A stretch of DNA of 64,000 nt. Source: Chloroflexota bacterium. GTDB lineage: Bacteria > Chloroflexota > Ktedonobacteria > Ktedonobacterales > JADMIN01. The stretch covers positions 1,739-65,738 of the forward strand of contig JAKAIY010000002.1 in the NCBI GenBank assembly GCA_021814145.1, written 5' to 3'. This document shows, piece by piece, positions 18,485-27,605 of this stretch. The stretch's first letter is position 1. The number at the start of each line of letters is the position of its first letter. The notes beneath the pieces are model-generated. The model did no database searches. It saw nothing but the letters and a program-made list of their open reading frames with translations, and had not been told where the DNA came from. A program made the translations under genes and the position numbers.

Positions 18485-19120
18485 ATGGCAGGAGATTCAG
18501 GAAACGGATCCAGCGAATCTTCAGATCGAGCCATTCGACAGGTGTCACGCAAGCTGCCAGAGTGGGGAGATCTGGAGGTGGTTGCGCTGATCGCGCCAGA
18601 TGGTGTCTATTTTCCACTGAAAGTGCTCTCGTTTGTTTTTCTCGGCGATGTCAATGACCGGGCGCAGCGAGCGCGTGTTCAGAGGGATCCGATTCTGCGC
18701 GAGTTGACGCGTGTGTACCCTGTCGAGACACCTGGCGGACGGCAGCAAATGGTGTGCCTGGAACGCCTTGGCATTGGGCGCTGGATCAATGGCGTCGAGA
18801 TAAATCGTCTGCGGCCTGAGATTCGTGAGCGATTCCTTGCGTTTCAATGGGAGCTTACCCGGCTTGCTGATCGTCTCCTCTTTGGAGAATCGTCCACCAA
18901 TGACACCAGGCAGCTTACGAGCGCCATGACGACGAGAAGCAGTCAACAAACGCTGTCCGATGATGACTTGTTAACATTCTTGCAGTATCTGGCCCGACGG
19001 GTTGGAGCCCTTGAAATTGACATGGCGCAGGTCAAGCGCCTTCAGCTTGCGTTGCTTGGAGCGGATCAAGAAACAATCGCCGCGCCGGGAAAGCCTATGG
19101 ATGGAGATGAGACTGGCTGA
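18485..19120 (+). CDS. P22 antirepressor N-terminal (P22_AR_N)-like domain protein
   Basis: The segment PGGRQQMVCLERLGIGRWINGVEINRLRPEIRERFLAFQWEL matches my recollection of the P22_AR_N core (GGxQxMLCLPLxKLxGWLxxIxxxKVxPExRxKLxxYQxE). ATG 18485 has AAGGAG 9 nt upstream; the ORF-track TTG start is 18464. Confidence 0.55.
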   Translation: MAGDSGNGSSESSDRAIRQVSRKLPEWGDLEVVALIAPDGVYFPLKVLSFVFLGDVNDRAQRARVQRDPILRELTRVYPVETPGGRQQMVCLERLGIGRWINGVEINRLRPEIRERFLAFQWELTRLADRLLFGESSTNDTRQLTSAMTTRSSQQTLSDDDLLTFLQYLARRVGALEIDMAQVKRLQLALLGADQETIAAPGKPMDGDETG

Positions 19121-19158
19121 GCGTATTGCTTGTTGCTTGTAAAATTATTGTTGGGTAC

Positions 19159-19182
19159 TTGTAGCATGTGGCTATACGAAAG
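19159..19182 (+). repeat. Left copy of a 24-nt imperfect direct repeat bracketing the SDR gene
   Basis: TTGTAGCATGTGGCTATACGAAAG here versus TTGTAGACTTTGACTATACGAAAG at 20160-20183. That is 20/24 identities, including an 11-nt exact core CTATACGAAAG. Confidence 0.6.
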
Positions 19183-19238
19183 ATCCAACCAGACAACATA
19201 TATCATGTTGACACACCATCGTACAGAGGAAGCATCAC

Positions 19239-20111
19239 ATGGGCGATTCAGCAGACAAGATGGACGGAAAGATCGTCTTGGTCACAGGGGCGACGAATGG
19301 AATCGGGCAGATTACCGCGCGCGAGCTCGCCCTGCGTGGAGCGACGGTTATCATTGTGGGGCGTGATACAAGCCGCATTCAGTTTGCCGCTGAAAAGATC
19401 AGAAGTACGGCGCCCAGCGGAAAAGTTCATACGCTTATGGCCGATCTCTCGTCTCAGGCGCAGATACGCCGGCTGGCGGAGGAGTTTCAGACCCAGTTTC
19501 CCCGACTGGATGTGCTAGTCAACAATGCTGGAGCGATTTTCGCCAGGCGACAAGTCTCGGTGGACGGCATTGAAATGACGTTAGCCCTGAATCATCTGGC
19601 CCCGTTTCTTTTGACAAACTTGCTGCTCGATGCTCTGAAAGCCAGTGATCACGCGCGTGTGGTCACAGTCGCGTCGGCGGCGCATATCGGCATGCGTGTC
19701 CCTTTTAATGATCTGAATCACGAACAGGGATGCTACCGGAGCTTTGTCGTCTACGGGCAAACGAAGCTCATGAATATCATGTTTAGCTACGAGCTAGCTC
19801 GACGACTAGCAGGGGATGCTATAACAGTGAACGCCTTACATCCTGGGTTCGTCGCGACAAATTTTGGCAAAAGCAATGGAGGGTGGTGGAACATGATGTT
19901 CACACTGGCCCAGCCATTCGCGATTTCACCAGAACAAGGCGCGCAAACCAGCGTATACCTTGCGTCAGCGCCTGAGGTCGCTATGGTAACCGGGAAGTAT
20001 TTCGCCAGGCGCAAAGCTGTGAAATCATCGTCTGTTTCTTATGATCGCGAAGCTCAGCGGCGGCTCTGGATAGCAAGCGCAAAGCTTACCGATTATAGCG
20101 CGAACGGGTGA
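19239..20111 (+). CDS. Short-chain dehydrogenase/reductase (retinol-dehydrogenase-like)
   Basis: Carries GKIVLVTGATNGIGQITA, NNAG, and YGQTK (the YxxxK catalytic motif). The gene is visibly more AT-rich than its surroundings. Confidence 0.85.
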   Translation: MGDSADKMDGKIVLVTGATNGIGQITARELALRGATVIIVGRDTSRIQFAAEKIRSTAPSGKVHTLMADLSSQAQIRRLAEEFQTQFPRLDVLVNNAGAIFARRQVSVDGIEMTLALNHLAPFLLTNLLLDALKASDHARVVTVASAAHIGMRVPFNDLNHEQGCYRSFVVYGQTKLMNIMFSYELARRLAGDAITVNALHPGFVATNFGKSNGGWWNMMFTLAQPFAISPEQGAQTSVYLASAPEVAMVTGKYFARRKAVKSSSVSYDREAQRRLWIASAKLTDYSANG

Positions 20112-20159
20112 ACGGCTGTATCTGGCTCTGATAGTGTGCTGTATGATAGGTTCAGAATG

Positions 20160-20183
20160 TTGTAGACTTTGACTATACGAAAG
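20160..20183 (+). repeat. Right copy of the 24-nt imperfect direct repeat
   Basis: See 19159-19182. The copies are spaced 1001 bp apart. Confidence 0.6.
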
Positions 20184-20277
20184 GCGTGAGCAAAGGAAAC
20201 CGTTTGGCCTTCTCTCAGTAAGCTCGGAAAGGACCTGCATTATCAGCCGCCTTGTTCTCATCGCTGGAGATCATAGT

Positions 20278-20493
20278 ATGCTGGTCACGCGCCTGGTTGA
20301 TGGCCGGCGCGCTGGCCGGTTCGCGCTGGCTTTTAGATTTCATGGCGTGTGGCGCTTTGTAACCGATGTGGATACAGACGAGCTCCTGACGTGGAAGACC
20401 GAAGAAGAGGCGTTAATTATTGGCGAGGCATGGCGTTATGCCTGGGAGAACATCAAGCTCCCAGCGCCAGAAAAGCGTAAGAGCGCTCGCTAG
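20278..20493 (+). CDS. Hypothetical small protein (71 aa)
   Basis: An ORF in an otherwise empty gap. I recognised no motif, and its coding status is unverified. Confidence 0.3.
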   Translation: MLVTRLVDGRRAGRFALAFRFHGVWRFVTDVDTDELLTWKTEEEALIIGEAWRYAWENIKLPAPEKRKSAR

Positions 20494-20599
20494 CTTTAGC
20501 GTCCTGCTCTCCTATCTGTACCCACTGTAGCCAGCGCTTCTGGATCGCATAGCATCTCAAAGCATGTTACTGTAAAGAAGCGGCGTGAAGTCCACCAGC

Positions 20600-22060
20600 T
20601 TACCGGCGCGAAGGAACGCGCTTGCCCTTCTTCCGCTCGTCGCGCTCCCCTCGGTCGCTCTGGCGCTCGCGGAACTCCAGCCGCACCGCTGTTCCCTCAA
20701 AACCAAACGCTTGCCGCAACTGGTTCTCCAGATAGCGCTGATATGAAAAGTGCAGCAATGAGGGATCGTTGACGAAGAAGATGAACGTAGGCGGGCTCAC
20801 CTCAGCCTGGGTCACGTAGTAAATGCGCATAGGTCGGCCCTGCACGACGGGCGGGTGGTGGCGTCGCGCCGCCTCACGCACAACCTCATTGAGTTGCGCG
20901 GTAGATATGCGTTGCTGTCGAGTTTCCCAGATGCGCAGCGCGTGCTCGAGAATGATATTGATATGATACTTGGTCTTGGCGGCGGCAAAGATCACCGGAG
21001 CGTATGGAGCGAACTTAAAGCGATCACGCACGAGCGCGCGATAGTAGTCCGCATCATGTGGCTCCTCTTCCAGCGCGGCGAGATTTCCGCCGGGCTTGAG
21101 CGAAACGGCGGCTTCAAGACCCGCGGCCTCTTCCGCCTTTCTCTGCGCCTCACGCACAAGATCCCACTTGTTGATGACGATGATCATTCCCCGCGCCGCG
21201 TCATGGATATAGCCGGCAATATGGGTATCCTGGGCGGTTATTCCTTCGACGCCATCAATCATCAACACAGCCACGTCGCAGCGGTCTATCGCGCGGGTAG
21301 CGCGAATGACGCTGTACCTCTCAACGCCCGCTCCAACGTGTCCACGCCGACGGATACCCGCTGTATCGAGCAGAACCAGGCGCTGTCCCTTATGCTCGAC
21401 CAGGGTGTCAATCGTGTCGCGAGTCGTGCCCGGAATGTCGCTGACGATCACGCGTTCCTGTCCAAGAATCGCGTTAACCAGTGACGACTTGCCGACGTTC
21501 GGGCGCCCGACGATCGCGATACGCGGCAGTCCGGCATACTCTTCTTCTCCCTCCGCCTCACGAGGTGGGGGCAGAGCGTCGGTCACAGCGTCCAGTAAAT
21601 CGCCCGTTCCTGTGCCAGAAATGGCGGAAAGGGTGATCGGTTCGCCGAGGCCTAGCGCATAGAATTCGACAGCGTCCATTCTCTGGGCGTGGCTGTCAGC
21701 TTTATTAGCGCCAAGCACGACAGGCTTGCCGGAGCGTCGCAACATCTCCGCGACCTCCACATCCGCTTCAGTGGCGCCGGACCGTGTATCTACCAGGAAA
21801 ATGATGACATCGGCTTCCTCAATGCCCAACCGCACCTGCTCAGCGATGCGGCTCATGATCTTGTCTTCGCTACCCAACTCCAGACCGCCAGTATCCACCA
21901 GAGTAAAGACCCGACCATTCCACTCAGCGTCGGCGTAGATACGATCGCGTGTGGTGCCGGGAAGGTCCTCCACAATCGCCAGGCGCTCGCCAGCGAGCTT
22001 ATTAAAGAGGGTGGACTTGCCAACATTCGGGCGTCCAACGATAGCAACCAGCGGTTTCAT
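20600..22060 (-). CDS. der: Ribosome-biogenesis GTPase Der (EngA)
   Basis: Tandem GTPase domains (GRPNVGKSTLFN..DTGG, GRPNVGKSSLVN..DTAG..NKWD) plus a KH-like C-terminus and a basic tail. Confidence 0.9.
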   Translation of the reverse strand: MKPLVAIVGRPNVGKSTLFNKLAGERLAIVEDLPGTTRDRIYADAEWNGRVFTLVDTGGLELGSEDKIMSRIAEQVRLGIEEADVIIFLVDTRSGATEADVEVAEMLRRSGKPVVLGANKADSHAQRMDAVEFYALGLGEPITLSAISGTGTGDLLDAVTDALPPPREAEGEEEYAGLPRIAIVGRPNVGKSSLVNAILGQERVIVSDIPGTTRDTIDTLVEHKGQRLVLLDTAGIRRRGHVGAGVERYSVIRATRAIDRCDVAVLMIDGVEGITAQDTHIAGYIHDAARGMIIVINKWDLVREAQRKAEEAAGLEAAVSLKPGGNLAALEEEPHDADYYRALVRDRFKFAPYAPVIFAAAKTKYHINIILEHALRIWETRQQRISTAQLNEVVREAARRHHPPVVQGRPMRIYYVTQAEVSPPTFIFFVNDPSLLHFSYQRYLENQLRQAFGFEGTAVRLEFRERQSDRGERDERKKGKRVPSRR

Positions 22061-22319
22061 CGCGCGTTTCTTCCTTTATAGCCATGGGGGCGTTTATGCG
22101 CGCGTGCTACGGGTTGAGTCGTCAAGGCGCGCTGTTTATTTTCTAGGCAATAGTCATATTGTATCATGCCCTCTGGCGGATCGCCGCCCCAAGACACGCG
22201 AACGTCCGTGAAAAATCGGGCAACTCGCGGACGTCCGTAAAAGCGACATCCCGGCGCTCTCTGGTCGCACTGGGGAACGCGGGCCAATTGGGGACGGGCA
22301 GACGGAAAAGAGGCGAGCG

Positions 22320-24197
22320 ATGGTCACGAGGCGCGAGATCACCTCACGCGAGGTAATACTCTCCCTGTTCGCGCTGACGGCGCTCACGCTCATCTGGCTG
22401 GCGCCCGCCACGTCGGCGAATGCCCAGGGCGCGAGGCAATCCCGCGTGACGACGCCCGATGTGGGCTTCCCCGTTATTGACCCCAACTATCTCTACACGC
22501 AGCTCGCAACCATGGCTACCAACTACCAGGCCCGCGAGGCGGGCTACGACACAGCGCGGTCGAGCCCAACGACCGGGCATGACGGATTCGCTGCTTACTG
22601 GCAGGCGGAGATGCTGCGTGATCTGAGCGGCTTCGGCGCGACCGCGCGCCGCGATTCTTTTCCCGTCGCTGGCTGGCAAGGACGTCCCGCCACGTCGCCC
22701 GCCTTCAACGTAGAGGTAAGCGTGCCAGGCGTGGCGCATCCTGGACAGGTAGTCGTCATCGGCTGCCACTATGATGGCGAGGCCAGTTCCACACAGTCAG
22801 CCAACGATGACGCCAGTGGATGCGCCATTGAACTGGCCGTAGCCCAGGCGCTGGGCGCCTACTGGCGCGCACATCATCTCTATCCCGCTCGTACCTTGCG
22901 CTTCGTGATCTTCGACGCCGAAGAGCAGGGACTCTATGGCTCATTCCACTACGTCAACCAGACGATCAATGGAGATCTGAACAATGTCGTCGCAATGATC
23001 AACGAGGAGCAAAATGGCATTGGCTACCCGCTCCGCTTCCTGGGCAGGCTGTCCAATCCTACACTGCCAACGACGATCTTTGTGACACCACTGACCAATA
23101 ATGAGGTTTACCAGAATACAGGCAGCTTCAGTCCTGGACAGATCCAGACAATCCAGCGGTTCCGCTCACTGGAGCAAGGCGCCGCGCCCGCCGTCTTTGC
23201 GGCCTTCCGCGCCCTGGGATACACCAGTCTGACCTATCGAAATGACCAGAACCAGCCTGTTACACAGCAGATCTTCACGCCAGGCGATCTTGGCCACGTG
23301 ATACAGCGTGACGACACAATCGCTTCCAGCGACCAGTATCCCTTTTCACTTGGCGGTGTCCCAACAGCTACATACATCGGTAACTACAGCTATTACGACC
23401 GCAACCCTCCGCCCTGGTCATATCCCTATGACCAGCCACAGGACACTGTCCAGCTCATGAATATCTACGCCAGTGGATCAAGCGCCCCCGCTCAGGCGCT
23501 CAATCTGGCGCTGGCCTTGCCTGGCATGCTAACCACCTGGACACTCGCGCAGCCTCAGGTGTCAGGATTCTCCGCCGCTCCGTCTGGGCCTGTGGCCACT
23601 ATTGGCGACATAGGTGTGACGAAACCAGGTCAGGCAGTCGCGCTCACCGCCGAAGGCGGGTATGATCCTATGCGCCCTAACGCGTCGCTCAGCTACTCGT
23701 GGAGTTTTGGAGATGGTGCGACCGCGACGGGCGCGATCGTCAATCACACCTGGGCGTCCGCCGGAGATTACCAGTTAAAGCTAACGGTGCGTGACCAAAC
23801 CAGCTCTGTGGTAATCACCAAGGCCATCCACGTGACAAGCGCGACGGAAGTTATCGCCAACCCTTATGTCCAATACCCACAGAATGGCGTCCCTCCCGCC
23901 AACCCCGCAGTAAAGCTTCCTACCGCACAGGGCAACGGTTCAAACGTCGGTCAACGCACGACCCTGGCGCAATCAGGGAGCGTCGGACTGCCCGCCTGGC
24001 TTCTACCTGCGGTGATCGTGATCGCGCTGGTAATCGTGGCGCTGCTGGCTGGCATGGGCTATTGGTCTCGCAGGATCGCGCCTGGCGGTGTGTCAGAGCC
24101 AGCGTCTGGGATGCGAGAGGAGGATCTCGAAGCCCGCAAGCGCCGTGAGCGCGCGCTATGGGAACTGTCGCGGCAGCGGAGCGAGTCAGAAGAGTAG
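22320..24197 (+). CDS. Secreted M28-family aminopeptidase with a PKD-like domain and C-terminal membrane anchor
   Basis: Has a signal peptide and M28 metal-ligand contexts GCHYDGE, NDDASGCA, FDAEEQGLYGS. There is a PKD-like segment (YSWSFGDGATATG..KLTVRD) and a C-terminal TM helix followed by a charged tail. Confidence 0.75.
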   Translation: MVTRREITSREVILSLFALTALTLIWLAPATSANAQGARQSRVTTPDVGFPVIDPNYLYTQLATMATNYQAREAGYDTARSSPTTGHDGFAAYWQAEMLRDLSGFGATARRDSFPVAGWQGRPATSPAFNVEVSVPGVAHPGQVVVIGCHYDGEASSTQSANDDASGCAIELAVAQALGAYWRAHHLYPARTLRFVIFDAEEQGLYGSFHYVNQTINGDLNNVVAMINEEQNGIGYPLRFLGRLSNPTLPTTIFVTPLTNNEVYQNTGSFSPGQIQTIQRFRSLEQGAAPAVFAAFRALGYTSLTYRNDQNQPVTQQIFTPGDLGHVIQRDDTIASSDQYPFSLGGVPTATYIGNYSYYDRNPPPWSYPYDQPQDTVQLMNIYASGSSAPAQALNLALALPGMLTTWTLAQPQVSGFSAAPSGPVATIGDIGVTKPGQAVALTAEGGYDPMRPNASLSYSWSFGDGATATGAIVNHTWASAGDYQLKLTVRDQTSSVVITKAIHVTSATEVIANPYVQYPQNGVPPANPAVKLPTAQGNGSNVGQRTTLAQSGSVGLPAWLLPAVIVIALVIVALLAGMGYWSRRIAPGGVSEPASGMREEDLEARKRRERALWELSRQRSESEE

Positions 24198-24248
24198 CGG
24201 CGCGTGTGATACGCTGGCGGGGGCAGTAAATTAATAGAGGAGTGTCCC

Positions 24249-25028
24249 ATGCCTAACGATGAATCATGCTCGCCTGTCCCCTTCACGCCTGTCACACCAC
24301 GCTTCGCCGCAGCGACTGCGCTGATGCGCGAGCGTGCGGGTGGCGGCGTTGAGGTGTTCCTGGTTCGCCGCCACGTCCAGAGTGAATTCGTTCCCGATGT
24401 TTTTGTCTTTCCCGGCGGCTCAGTCAAGGAGTCTGATCAGGAGACTGAGCGAGCTCCCGGTCTTTGCGTCGAGGTTGGCGATAGCTCGACTCCGCTGGGC
24501 TCCGGCTTTCGTGTGGCGGCGATACGTGAACTGTTCGAGGAGGCGGGTGTACTCATCGCTCGGCGGAATGGCTCCTTGCTGCCAGTCGTTGTAGACGACC
24601 TTCCACGACTAGCGACCTACCGCGACGACCTCAACCATAAGGGGCTCACATTACAGAGTATCGCTGAAAGGGAAAATCTGACACTGGCGACCGACTCGCT
24701 CCTGCGCTGGGCGCACTGGATAACGCCCGAAGCCTGGCCGAAGCGCTTTGACACCCACTTCTTTCTGGTTGAGCTGCCCGCCGGACAGAACCCAACTCAT
24801 GACGCATTGGAAGTAACGCAGAGCGTCTGGATCACACCGGAAGACGCGCTGGCAGGCCATGAGCGCGGCGAGTTTCCCATCGTCTTCGCCACGATTCATC
24901 AATTACGCGACCTGACCGGGTTGTCCTCACTGGCTGAAGCCCAGGCGCGCTTCGCGGGGCAGACGCCTCGCACGATCATGCCGCGTGTGGTGAAGCGGGA
25001 CGGCGCGGATGTCATCCTGCTGCCTTAG
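24249..25028 (+). CDS. NUDIX-family hydrolase
   Basis: A NUDIX box with an insertion: PGGSVKE...AAIRELFEEAGV. Confidence 0.7.
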   Translation: MPNDESCSPVPFTPVTPRFAAATALMRERAGGGVEVFLVRRHVQSEFVPDVFVFPGGSVKESDQETERAPGLCVEVGDSSTPLGSGFRVAAIRELFEEAGVLIARRNGSLLPVVVDDLPRLATYRDDLNHKGLTLQSIAERENLTLATDSLLRWAHWITPEAWPKRFDTHFFLVELPAGQNPTHDALEVTQSVWITPEDALAGHERGEFPIVFATIHQLRDLTGLSSLAEAQARFAGQTPRTIMPRVVKRDGADVILLP

Positions 25029-25069
25029 AAGCTGATTGGGCGCAATCGCTCCGGCAAGGGAGATTTCAC

Positions 25070-25963
25070 ATGTCGCTGCCAGATGGTGTTGCACTGCTGC
25101 TTGCCCCCAATCCATCACCGATGACACTCACAGGGACAAACACCTATCTCGTGTGTGGCTCAACAGGTTGCGCGATTATAGACCCTGGCCCAGAGATCGA
25201 GGAGCATCTGCGCGCCGTTGCGGATGAAGCGCGGGCGCTAGGCGGCGCGCAGGCGATTCTCATCACCCACGGCCACCCCGACCATGTGGAGGGCGCGGCG
25301 CGCCTGCGCGAATTGACCGGCGCGCCCATCTGGGCCTGGAGCCGCGAAGGCTCGCCTACCGCTGATATGGCCCTGAACGATGGCGGGATAGTTTCACTAG
25401 GCGACCGAGCGCTGCAAGCTGTTTTTACACCCGGCCACCGCTACGATCACCTCTGCTTCCTGCTGGAAGATAGCGGGCGGGATACGGGCGTGGTTTTCGC
25501 GGGCGATCTGGTGGCGGGCGCTGGAACCGTGGTCATCGCGCCACCAGAGGGAGATTTGAATGAGTATCTCGCGTCGCTATCGCATCTGCTGGCGGAAGAG
25601 CCACGCCTGCTGCTCCCTGGTCATGGGCCAGCGCGCGACGACGCTCGCGCGGTGTTGGAAGGCTACATCGCGCACCGGGAAGACCGTGAGCGTCAACTCC
25701 TGAGCGCGTTGAGCGCCGAGCCTGCTCCCATACCGCTCCTGGTCAACCGAATCTACACAGATGTGCCAGCGTTTTTGCATGCCGTCGCCGCTTATTCGAC
25801 ACTGGCGGGGCTGATCAAGCTGGAACGGGAGAAACGGGTTGTTCGCTTGCCTGCTACGGATAACGCGGAGGAGTCGCCCGCGCTCCAGGAACATTCCCCG
25901 CTAGCGTTAGAAGGAGTAGTTGGTCGCCCCGACGGCCTCACTGCGCGCTGGCGATTGGTTTGA
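25070..25963 (+). CDS. MBL-fold metallo-hydrolase
   Basis: Carries the ITHGHPDHVEGA (HxHxDH) motif, with downstream His/Asp ligands in the expected order. Confidence 0.8.
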   Translation: MSLPDGVALLLAPNPSPMTLTGTNTYLVCGSTGCAIIDPGPEIEEHLRAVADEARALGGAQAILITHGHPDHVEGAARLRELTGAPIWAWSREGSPTADMALNDGGIVSLGDRALQAVFTPGHRYDHLCFLLEDSGRDTGVVFAGDLVAGAGTVVIAPPEGDLNEYLASLSHLLAEEPRLLLPGHGPARDDARAVLEGYIAHREDRERQLLSALSAEPAPIPLLVNRIYTDVPAFLHAVAAYSTLAGLIKLEREKRVVRLPATDNAEESPALQEHSPLALEGVVGRPDGLTARWRLV

Positions 25964-26351
25964 AGATTCAAGCCGAAAGCGAATAGCGAGCGGGCGATGA
26001 GTGGAAAAATAGCCGGCGGCAGTGGTGTAGAGAGGTGCGAATGAGACCGTGTAGAGCATATCCACAACCGTCGGCGTGACTCTGTTATATAGGATTGACG
26101 CGATGCCGTCAATACCCCCAATAGTCCCACGCGCAGCTCCCGTCACTTCCAGAGAAGCGGCGAGTATTTAAGGTAACGCATATCCGGCTTCCCCCTTTCT
26201 GGCAGAGAGCGGATATGGGCCAGAACGGCCTCGCGCTTGACGCTGTTCTGGCCGTGCGCCTATCATCCAGACATTGTGGGCTTGACGTCTTGTCGCGCGT
26301 ATCGAGTGACAAGCGTCCGCCCATGATCGGTCTGAGGAGAGGACGGCGATC

Positions 26352-27515
26352 ATGCCGGGACGGCCAGGCGCACGCGGACACACAGGCAGCGAGGGAAACC
26401 AGAGGGGAACTCTCGCAGAGAGTCTCGCCCGTATGCCATCAGCGCATCCCAAGGTCGCCAGTGAACCAGACCCGCGCCCGTGGAATGGTGAACAGGTTGA
26501 CTTTACCCCGCCCAGCCGCCTGACCTTGCCGAGCACACCGATCGCGACTCCACGCGACGCCTGGGAGGAAGAGGAGCTTCCTGGCGGCTATGGCGCTGAC
26601 GATGGCGGATATTACGACGCCAGGGGTGGACATACAGCGTATTCGTCGCGAGCGCGCGAACGCTCGCTTGCCCGTCCGCTGGCGCCTGGGCTGCCCGAGT
26701 ACAACGACCGCGACGACTTCGACCCACGCCTCGATCTTTATCCCGCGCTTCCGGATGAGAGCGTGCCAGAACTGATCGCCTACCGTCCTCCGCGCCCGCG
26801 TGTCCGCCACGCGACAGAGCGGCTCATCAGGTCCGCCCGCAATCCGTGGACGGTGGCGCGGTTGATTCTGGCGCTGGCCGCGGCGATCCTTGGATTCCTG
26901 CACGCCCCCGCGCGGATGGGTGAGCCGTCGCAGCCATTGCAGGTTGCGCAGGCCCAGGTAGCGCTTTCAGCGGGCGCTCCAATAACCAGCCTGGTCAAGC
27001 CAGAAACCCAGCTCAAACGCCCTGATCTCTATGACAGCTACGCCCAGTTTCAGGAGTGGGGTGGCGCGGCCTGCAGCGCCGCGGCCATCTCTGAAGTGCT
27101 AACGGCGTACGGTATCCGCGGCGCGACCATCGGTCACGAGATTGATGAACTCGGTAAATACATTGATCCCAACTGGGGACTGCTCAACCGCCACGCTTTC
27201 GCCATTGTCGCCGCCAGGCATGGTCTGCGCGCAGACGAGAGCAATTCGTGGACGTATAATCAGATCGTCTATGTCTCCCAACATCTTGGCATTCCCATTA
27301 TCGTCAACGTCCGCATCTCTTACGGTTACTACTCCTTCTTCTCCGGCGGGCATTTCCTCGTTGTGGTCGGCGGTGACTCTCAGGGCCTCGCGATTGTGGA
27401 CTCCTCGGAATACTACATCCACTATCTGCCCAAAGATGTCTTCTACCAGATGTTCACCGGCTACACCGCCGCCATCGCCCCGGCTGACGACCATTACAAC
27501 CTGCCCGCGAACTGA
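26352..27515 (+). CDS. Membrane-anchored protein with a C39-like (papain-fold) peptidase domain
   Basis: Pro/Arg/Asp-rich N-terminal region, one TM helix (VARLILALAAAILGFL), then WGGAACSAAAISEVL (candidate catalytic Cys) and GGHFLVVVG (candidate His). Confidence 0.5.
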   Translation: MPGRPGARGHTGSEGNQRGTLAESLARMPSAHPKVASEPDPRPWNGEQVDFTPPSRLTLPSTPIATPRDAWEEEELPGGYGADDGGYYDARGGHTAYSSRARERSLARPLAPGLPEYNDRDDFDPRLDLYPALPDESVPELIAYRPPRPRVRHATERLIRSARNPWTVARLILALAAAILGFLHAPARMGEPSQPLQVAQAQVALSAGAPITSLVKPETQLKRPDLYDSYAQFQEWGGAACSAAAISEVLTAYGIRGATIGHEIDELGKYIDPNWGLLNRHAFAIVAARHGLRADESNSWTYNQIVYVSQHLGIPIIVNVRISYGYYSFFSGGHFLVVVGGDSQGLAIVDSSEYYIHYLPKDVFYQMFTGYTAAIAPADDHYNLPAN

Positions 27516-27605
27516 GAGCGCGCGCTCGTTGTCTGGCGCGGGCGTGTATACTGAGGGCGCGCGGGTTGCGAGCCAGCGCCAGTTAACGTTCTCAGGAGCC
27601 AGGCC

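Noticed and set aside
13524-20599. Flanking att-like direct repeats for the putative island, comparing 13524-13669 with 20494-20599.
   Set aside because: No shared string of 10 nt or more was detected by eye, so the element boundaries remain undefined.
25964-26351. Micro-ORFs of 12-22 codons (e.g. MSGKIAGGSGVERCE, MPSIPPIVPRAAPVTSREAASI) as possible Gly-Gly leader peptide substrates for the downstream C39-like domain. The 102-aa ORF at 26215-26523 was also considered.
   Set aside because: They are too short, lack convincing ribosome-binding sites, and have no leader-core architecture. The 102-aa ORF overlaps the better-supported 26352 gene out of frame. The idea is kept only as a low-priority check in the findings.
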